A stretch of DNA of 63,466 nt, the filler included, from Saprolegnia diclina VS20 (lineage: Eukaryota), in the NCBI RefSeq assembly GCF_000281045.1. It is 4 parts of one record of this genome, joined end to end, with 100 filler letters (N's around TTAATTAATTAA, not from the genome) between each part and the next. Parts side by side here need not be neighbours in the genome. Positions count along the whole stretch, not along the records: positions 52,578 to 63,466 come from NW_008246132.1; 3 more parts are not named here. One strand, written 5' to 3'. The notes under the pieces are model-generated. The model was not told the origin of the DNA. It saw nothing but the letters and a program-made list of their open reading frames with translations, and did not search any database. Shown piece after piece: positions 56,669 through 63,466 of this stretch (position 1 is its first letter; each line of letters opens with the position of its first letter). Made by a program: the position numbers and the translations under genes.

Positions 56669-57061
56669 CGTGGAGAAATGAAAACTGGTGCTTGGGACAG
56701 CCCAGTCGGGACGGCCCCTGCCAACGTGTGCTGTATGTCATACCGCCTGCACTGGACAGATGTGACGCACTCGATACAAGGTGGGACGTACGTGCGGTGG
56801 TGCACTATACTCCGAGTGTCGACCAAACAGCGTCCGCCGTCCCTTTGGCGCAACCACCTCTGCAAGCTGCAAACTGCAAACTGCAAACGGCAAAATCACT
56901 GCGAACAGTTTCAGTGGTCTACTGCTGCTATCGCTCGCCAGCTCGCTCTGCCACACCACGTGAAGGTACCTGTACAGTGTAAAGATGACAACGTACGTCT
57001 ACCCATTTACTGTACGCGACCAAGGTCTCACACGGACTGGATATGTCGGCGGTACAGAATT

Positions 57062-57094
57062 GGTATCCAACCAGGTATCCAACCAGGTATCCAA
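57062..57094. repeat. 12-bp tandem repeat GGTATCCAACCA, about 2.8 copies
   Basis: Directly visible; a (CTGCAAA)n tract also lies at ~56860-56888. Confidence 0.75.
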
Positions 57095-58300
57095 CGGCGT
57101 TTGGATCGCTCCGGCTTGCAGTTGACAAGCCGTCATGCGTGGGGTGCCGTGCTCTTCACTAGGGATTCTTTAGTAGATAGAGTGCAGGTGCCTGGCGTGC
57201 GGCGTGGCAGACACGCTGCATTGGTAGTGGATAGAGGCACCACGGGGTGGTAGGATCCTTCGGGCGTGGTGACGCTGGCATGGGACGTCGGTCGTGCGAT
57301 GTGGTCGCGTCGGTGGCACTGGATGCAAGCATTCGTATACCCAAAATATGATGTCGTCTTTCCGCCGACAACATCTGGTTCCGTTGCCAGATGGCACGAG
57401 CCAGTTGTGTCAGAGACGGCGTCCGTCGGAATCAACCGCTTCGTACCGCCAGCATCCGACAACGAACGAACGAGCACGACGACCAAATTGCGCCAATGAT
57501 GACCGTACAGCTCTATTCGTCCACAACAGCCAACGTTCAACCTCAGCAGTCTTTGAAATCATTTCCAGGCTAACGACGTGTGGTCCATCAAGGGATTTTG
57601 GGGGCAATGAGCTGCCGTTGAGCGCTCTGCCTTGGGTACCAAAGAACCGTGTAACGTGTGCTTCGACCGCTGCAATTACTGCTAGGTGTCTGTCCGAAGA
57701 CCACATATCCACCGTGACAAGCAGCAAGAAGGCGATCGGGTGCATCCAACCTTCCGCACCGTCGAGCCCGTTGTCGTGGCTGCAGGCGACAAATATACGT
57801 CTGCATGTATTTGTACACACTTCCTTTGTGGACACTAGTAGAGGTAGTAGCGATACATTTAGCGGGAAGGTTTCTCTCATTGGTCCATTCACTCTGCATA
57901 GCTGATGGCGTCGCAGCGCCTACTACCGCTAAAGGAGCCGTCAACCACACCAAGCCCACGAACGCGATGAAGCAAGAGCACACAGCATTGGCCAACTTGC
58001 AAACCTGTTGGAGCCAGGGGCCAAAGCACGGTGTGACAGCGTCAAAGGAGCGGAGATCAACACGATGTGTTCGGCTGTAAAGACCAACAGTTAGCGCAAC
58101 GGGAACACGTATGGACGAGCCACAGGAGCGACTCGAAACCCAGTATTCTGCGCGCTCCCCTTGCTTCACCATAGGCGTAAGCCTGGACATTGCTCTCATA
58201 CTAGCCAAATGAAGCGACCACGAGGGCGACGATGGGGCCAACACGGGGTAGGGGTAACACGATCGTTGTTCGTACACAGAGTACACCCAGCCCAGTTTGG

Positions 58301-59758
58301 TTACGCGGCCGTCGTCGGCTTGGCCGCCTTGGCAGGCGTCGCGGTCTTGCCTTCAAGAAGCCTACACCTCTCATTGTCAAGACTGCATCCGATCGGGTAT
58401 GAAGGTACCGCAGGACTTGGACGTCCAGCTTGAGCCCGTCAATTTGCGTAAGGAGCGCATGCGATTTCTGCAAGTCAAACTTTTTGTCCTTGGCCAGCGC
58501 CGAGAGCTTCTTCTCGTACGCTCGGTTCCACATGTTGGGGTACGTCGACTCGCGCGTCGTCATTGTGTGATAAAATGACGACGCAAGGACCGCTGAGAAG
58601 CCAATAAAGTACGTGATCGGCTCCATAACGTCCCACGAGTAGACGTCCCAGACCGTGTACGCGAGGCCGCCGTAAAACTATCAATCTGTCAAGTAACTAC
58701 AGCACCAAACAGTACGAACGTACGGTCGTGATGAAGCCAAGGCCGAGGAACTTTTGTACGTTGGGCGCGGTCATCGCGGCCTTGCGGAGCTCCGTCTCGA
58801 CCGTCGCAACTAAGTCGTCGTGAACTGAGGGGCGTCGATTCAACACATGCATTGCAGTACCCTTGCGCCACTCTTCTTGGGCGTCGAGGATTTGACTCTC
58901 GGTCGCCATGCGCTCGTGCTTGAGGTTGTACAAGACTGGGTCGAGCGCCGCTTGGAACGCCGCAAAGCTCTCGCCTTTCTACGCAGAGTGTCCACAGTCG
59001 TGAAGACAGATTGTCATCGGCAGCGTACGTTGGGGCGCAGGATCACGGTCGACCGCAGCGCATCGTCCTTGCTCTGGTCGTAGTGCAGCACGAGGTTGCG
59101 GCGTTGGAACTCGGCGAGCCACTTCTTGGACGTCGAGTCGTCGGCGCCAACGTTCTTGCACATGGTGTAAAACTGGTCGATCGGAATCTAATGCAATACA
59201 ATCCAGCGTGAGCGAGCGACGGATGGCGCCGTCGGCGTACGGCCGTGCGCGAGTCGCGCTCAATGTAGCGCTTGACGGTGCCAAAGGCTGCGCTCTCGGT
59301 CTCGCCCGTCATCTGGTCAATGTCGTCGACGAGGCCTTCCTTCTCGAGCGCGAGCGTCGCCGTGTTGAGGCGCAGCAGCATCGGCACCGGTGCCAGCGCC
59401 TTGAGGCTCGCCGTCTTGGCGACCGTGACTCCATCTAATGTCGTCAGCGACACGCTCGTTAGCGTCGGGTCGACCTATATGACATGGCCATCGTCGCATG
59501 AGGCGCCAAGGTTGGGCGAACGGCGCGCACCGTCTTGAGCGTCGAGATAAAGTGGCCGACCGAGTCGCGCTCGTAGGCCGAGGTCGGCGCTGTCTCGAGG
59601 TTGAGCTTCGTCAAGCCTGGCTTGCCGGGCAGCGGTAGCGTAAAGGCCAGCGGCTCGGACACGCGGCAGCGCACGGCGAACTCGACAAAGTCGGACGTCG
59701 TCAGGAGCGTCGCCGCCGTCGAGTGCGCCCGCACCAACGTCTTGCGCCACGCCAGCAT
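58301..59758 (-). CDS. MCU: Mitochondrial calcium uniporter, multi-exon
   Basis: Selectivity-filter motif YSWDVMEPITYFIG between two TM helices; mitochondrial-presequence-like start MLAWRKTLVRAHS; FTLPLP in the N-terminal domain. Confidence 0.9.
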
Positions 59759-60549
59759 GGTCGACTGATGCAGAAGTGACTGCGATCTTCGACCGGTCGC
59801 TCGACATTTTAAAAAATGATTGTATTGCATACGACTTTCAAGATATTATTTGCAATGCAATAAAACTACAAACGAAATTCGGCGGGCCGATAGGGCGAGT
59901 GCAGCTATCATCCGGACTTTATCGGGCGCGCGTGGGGTACATTTTGGGGTTGGGACTAAATGCACCCAAATTCAGTGAAACGCTGGTTTCAACAGGATTC
60001 AAACACTGTCTTCAGCAGCCTGCATCTATTCCTGGCAAGCGAAATACAATCATGTAAACTGAATACAACTATGCAATACAATACGATGAGTTTATTCACC
60101 CATTGGTCTTTATTTAAGAGATTTTCAACCAATCCGATACAATGCGGTGCGGCGAGTGCGGCGCGCTCGGCAGCGCGTCGGCCCAATCACGCTGAAAATC
60201 GAAAGAGCCCAAACTTGGCATGCAGCTGCAAAACACTTTGGAGAGCATCATGCGCGAACTCATGTCGACGTGCGAGTCGTACAGCCCGAGATATAGCTGA
60301 AATTGGTATTTGTGGTATCTGCCATATATAGACACATATATATAGCCACATTGCACCACCCAACGAGCTCTCCCAACGTCCAGCTCCCATCTCCACGAAG
60401 GCTGCGTCAATAACAGCATTTGATTGCATTTACCACAAAACATTCGTCCTGTCTACGCATGTGATGCATAATATAGCAGCCCGCTTCTTCGGTCCGTCGA
60501 CCACACGCAAGTACTCTGGAGCGTCGTTGCCCGATCCTTCTTGGTGTCG

Positions 60550-60762
60550 TCAGACGATGATGGGAGGCAGCTCGTGGTCCAATCTCGCGGGCGGCATCTT
60601 GGTCGAGGCAGTTTGCGCGCGCCGGTGCCTCCAAAATGACCGACACATGAGTAGGATCGCCCACAGCAACACAAGTAGAATGACACCGGCGAACGCGAGA
60701 AGGCCGCCTTGCATCGTCGCACTTGGCCCGTGGTCCAGTCGGCGGGTCATTCGTAGGCTCAT
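60550..60762 (-). CDS. Putative small single-TM protein
   Basis: Hydrophobic LLAFAGVILLVLLWAILLM followed by basic RSFWRHRR. Confidence 0.4.
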   Translation of the reverse strand: MSLRMTRRLDHGPSATMQGGLLAFAGVILLVLLWAILLMCRSFWRHRRAQTASTKMPPARLDHELPPIIV

Positions 60763-61899
60763 GCGTCGACGCGCGACCTCAAAGAATGAGCCGTCAATGG
60801 ACGACCTCGGTGGCTTCGAACGTTAGAAAGGTGATGCCTTGCATAAACACATGTTCGATTTCGAAAGCTAAACGACGGAGCTAGTTAGCATAAGTTGGTG
60901 ACTGCATTACAGGCATCCATCACGGCCGACGGCCCACGTGTAGTGTGTAAACAGCAAAATTTAACCGTGTTTGATCGCGGCGATGCTGTCCCACCACCGT
61001 TCGGTAGTGGGTAGTGGTCGAGGAATTCGACCCAGTTTGGTAAGGATGCCCGCTAGTTGCCCCATTAAAGCACAGCGAGTAGCAACACGTGGTTGCCATT
61101 CGAGTGAAGCGCGGAATCGAATCAAAGGGTATATGGCCTGGATAGCCATTGGTAGTGGCACGGCATGGCGCACTAGTCTAGGAGTGAGCAAGTGTCAACA
61201 CAATTTGACGGACTAGAACTCTTGATTTGGCGCGCAGCTGCCAAGCGACGAACAGCGCGTTGATTGTTGTACGATAACACGGATCCAATGAAATCGTATG
61301 TAGTCGATTCGGCAAATGTACATCTATGTAGGTACGAGGTCAAAACGACCACTTGTGGGTTGTTAATGATAACGTTGTCGGTACGACAGCGAGTCTGTGT
61401 CGATGTACAAGGACGCGGAGACAGCACTGGACGCGATGAACGACGAACGCGACAGCGCTGGCCAAGCCCAGCACAATGGTGGCATTCAAGATGACGTTGA
61501 GATGGACGGTAGCGACAACCGGTGGCTCAAACGACGCAGCATCTCTCGCCCGCATCTCGGTCGGCAGCGATGGGATCGTCATTTCTCTTGCTTTTTTCTT
61601 TTTTCAACCGAAAAATCCAGCGCAAATGGTTGCCGACGAAGCTTTTACGTGAGAATACAAAAGCGCGGTATCGTGTCGGGTCGTCACGTGACGCGCCGAC
61701 TGTTTCTCCAATGTCCACAGAGACAACGAGGAACTTGCGTTTGTGGTCGCCAGCCGTCAATATTTCGATGGTTTGTGAAGACGCATGAGTTGTTTGCTGT
61801 TTGTTGTGGGTTGTCGCAGGCACAATCGAATGCAAAGAATCGGCCACAAAGCCGACACGAGATCCTGTCGGAGCATTTTCCATTTGGCGCGACACGAAG

Positions 61900-62154
61900 A
61901 TGGCAACGGACACATCGATGACGGCGAGCGGAGTGGCGTACCCGCTATGGTTTCTTGTGCTGGTCGCGGTCCTTTTCTGCGCCGGGTTTGCGTGGGCGAC
62001 GCTGCGCTGCTGCTTTGGTCGGTCGACGGATGCCGAGACGGTGTCCAGCAAGGAAAAAGCCGATATTATCGACGCGACGCGCGTGACGTGCGTGAGCGAG
62101 AGTCCGTCGTACACCCACGCGTCGACGCCAGTGTCTGCGATCGACCGCGTGTGA
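61900..62154 (+). CDS. Putative small single-TM protein (84 aa)
   Basis: Inr-FPR-like GCATTTTCCATTTG at ~61873; TM YPLWFLVLVAVLFCAGFAWATL followed by RCC. Confidence 0.55.
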   Translation: MATDTSMTASGVAYPLWFLVLVAVLFCAGFAWATLRCCFGRSTDAETVSSKEKADIIDATRVTCVSESPSYTHASTPVSAIDRV

Positions 62155-62329
62155 GGTTGTATCAAGGTGTAGTATCGAGAGAAGAAGGAAGACGAAATAT
62201 ATATTTACAAGCACAATGTGTGTTGGAGTAGTACTGTGGTGGTGCATGCGACGATACTGGAATGTCATCCAAGCGTCCCGTGTGTCGAGCAAAAACTTGT
62301 GCGATGGTTGGATTTAAAAAGATTGGAAA

Positions 62330-62402
62330 CTCCCAATGCGGGGCTCGAACCCGCGACCACACGATTAAAAGTCGTGCGCTCTACCAACTGAGCTAATCGG
62401 GA
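62330..62402 (-). tRNA. tRNA-Lys (TTT)
   Basis: TCCCGATTAGCTCAGTTGGTAGAGCG-CACGA-CTTTTAA-TCGTG-TGGTC-GCGGGTTCGAGCCCCGC-ATTGGGAG folds as a cloverleaf. Confidence 0.96.
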
Positions 62403-62599
62403 TTTTCTGACTTCAGGTCATTTTATATTGATACCGACAGTGCAAATATAGATTATTATAAACGGCAGGGTCTAAGGCCACGACAACCACCCACGTCGAT
62501 AGACAATTATTAATCATGGACTTTGACTGCATTGCATACCAACCGTCTATCACCGTGCGCTGCAACACAAGGACTCGCACGTCGCCACATCGACCAATC

Positions 62600-63250
62600 A
62601 GAGAGCGCCAATGCCCAAGATTTAGGTACTCTAAAACCACGCAACTTGCACCACTCAGACTTGTGCATCGCATTTCTTCTGCAGGGTGAACAAACGCAGC
62701 TTCCGCAAGGAAGCGATGCGGCTGGCCGGGATGCCTCAAACCACCTGCATCAGAGCCCCAGAGACTGCATATACCGCACTTGGGCAGCCTGAAATCGGCT
62801 GGGACGGTATTGAGGCGTCCACCCCATGTGACCGTCGCTACCGGTGCGGCATTCGGCAATCACAAGCTCACGCGTTTGTACTGGCTTGACGATGGGTCGA
62901 CACGGACGCGCGAAGGCTTGTTCGGCACGTAACCAAGTGTAGGGTCATCGTCATTGCAGCGCGACAACACAGACTTACGCGGACCTCAAGTACAGATACC
63001 CGCAAGACGTCCTTGCGTGGTTGCGGGACCGAAACCCTGGTGCGTGCTGGGTGTTTTGTCCATGACGCCCTTGTGTCACGCTGCGCTTGCCTGGACTCGC
63101 TAATGGTTGGCAGGCGTCGCCATGGTTCGCACACGCTCCTCATGCTCTGTCGTCGCTGGCTCGGCTCCTCGGCAGTGACAGTCGCTGGCGCCACTGTCAT
63201 CTCCCGTCGCTTTTTTGCCTGGCGCGCGCTGTCGAGCTCCGCGGAGGAAA
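62600..63250 (-). mobile_element. Possible degenerate transposon relic (Crypton-like C-terminal motif)
   Basis: TWGGRLNTVPADFRLPKCGICSLW...PHRFL resembles a motif I recall from stramenopile transposon-derived proteins; no intact recombinase visible. Confidence 0.3.
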
Positions 63251-63466
63251 TCACAAGAGGTCGTTGCTAGTGTTTTTGTGCTGCCACTGACTGCCACTGC
63301 CGCCGTGGTCGTCGGCCTTCCGCGCCATTTTGACACTTGGCGTTGGCGAGAAGCCATTCTGATTCCAATCTGACAGCCACTTTGCGCTGGATGCCTCCTA
63401 CAAATTCATTCATAGACGTATTCGCCCATGTTTCGCAAAAGCTTGGGTTATATACATGCTCTGGTA

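Overview
Eukaryotic, GC-rich draft sequence, most consistent with a Saprolegniales oomycete (Saprolegnia/Achlya-like). This rests on short 44-58 bp GT-AG introns, oomycete Inr-FPR core promoters, CBEL-type PAN repeats, GGGKRC zinc-finger repeats and TKL kinases; the organism call is an inference. There are several N gaps, and three contain an artificial TTAATTAATTAA linker (14710, 31029, 52522), so gene order across them is unreliable. Multi-copy content: a secreted Cys-rich protein family, two copies of which form a 956-bp perfect inverted repeat; four paralogs of a large (~1,700 aa in the one complete copy) two-unit multi-TM protein with patchy near-identity; and three TKL-type kinases, two of them probable pseudokinases. 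Single genes: a TIR/HET-like-TPR-Zn-finger protein, a GGGKRC-repeat protein, a bacterial-type AT3-SGNH O-acyltransferase, a multi-PAN plus PIG-L/LmbE deacetylase, an Arf-like GTPase, a Tudor/Agenet-repeat gene, MCU, tRNA-Gly(GCC) and tRNA-Lys(TTT). The most novel-looking signal is a tandem pair of tiny secreted prepropeptide genes (37352-37546 and 38376-38510, the second absent from the ORF track). They share promoter, signal and pro-region features but have unrelated Cys-containing C-terminal peptides, and one has an in-frame TGA at an apparent Cys position.
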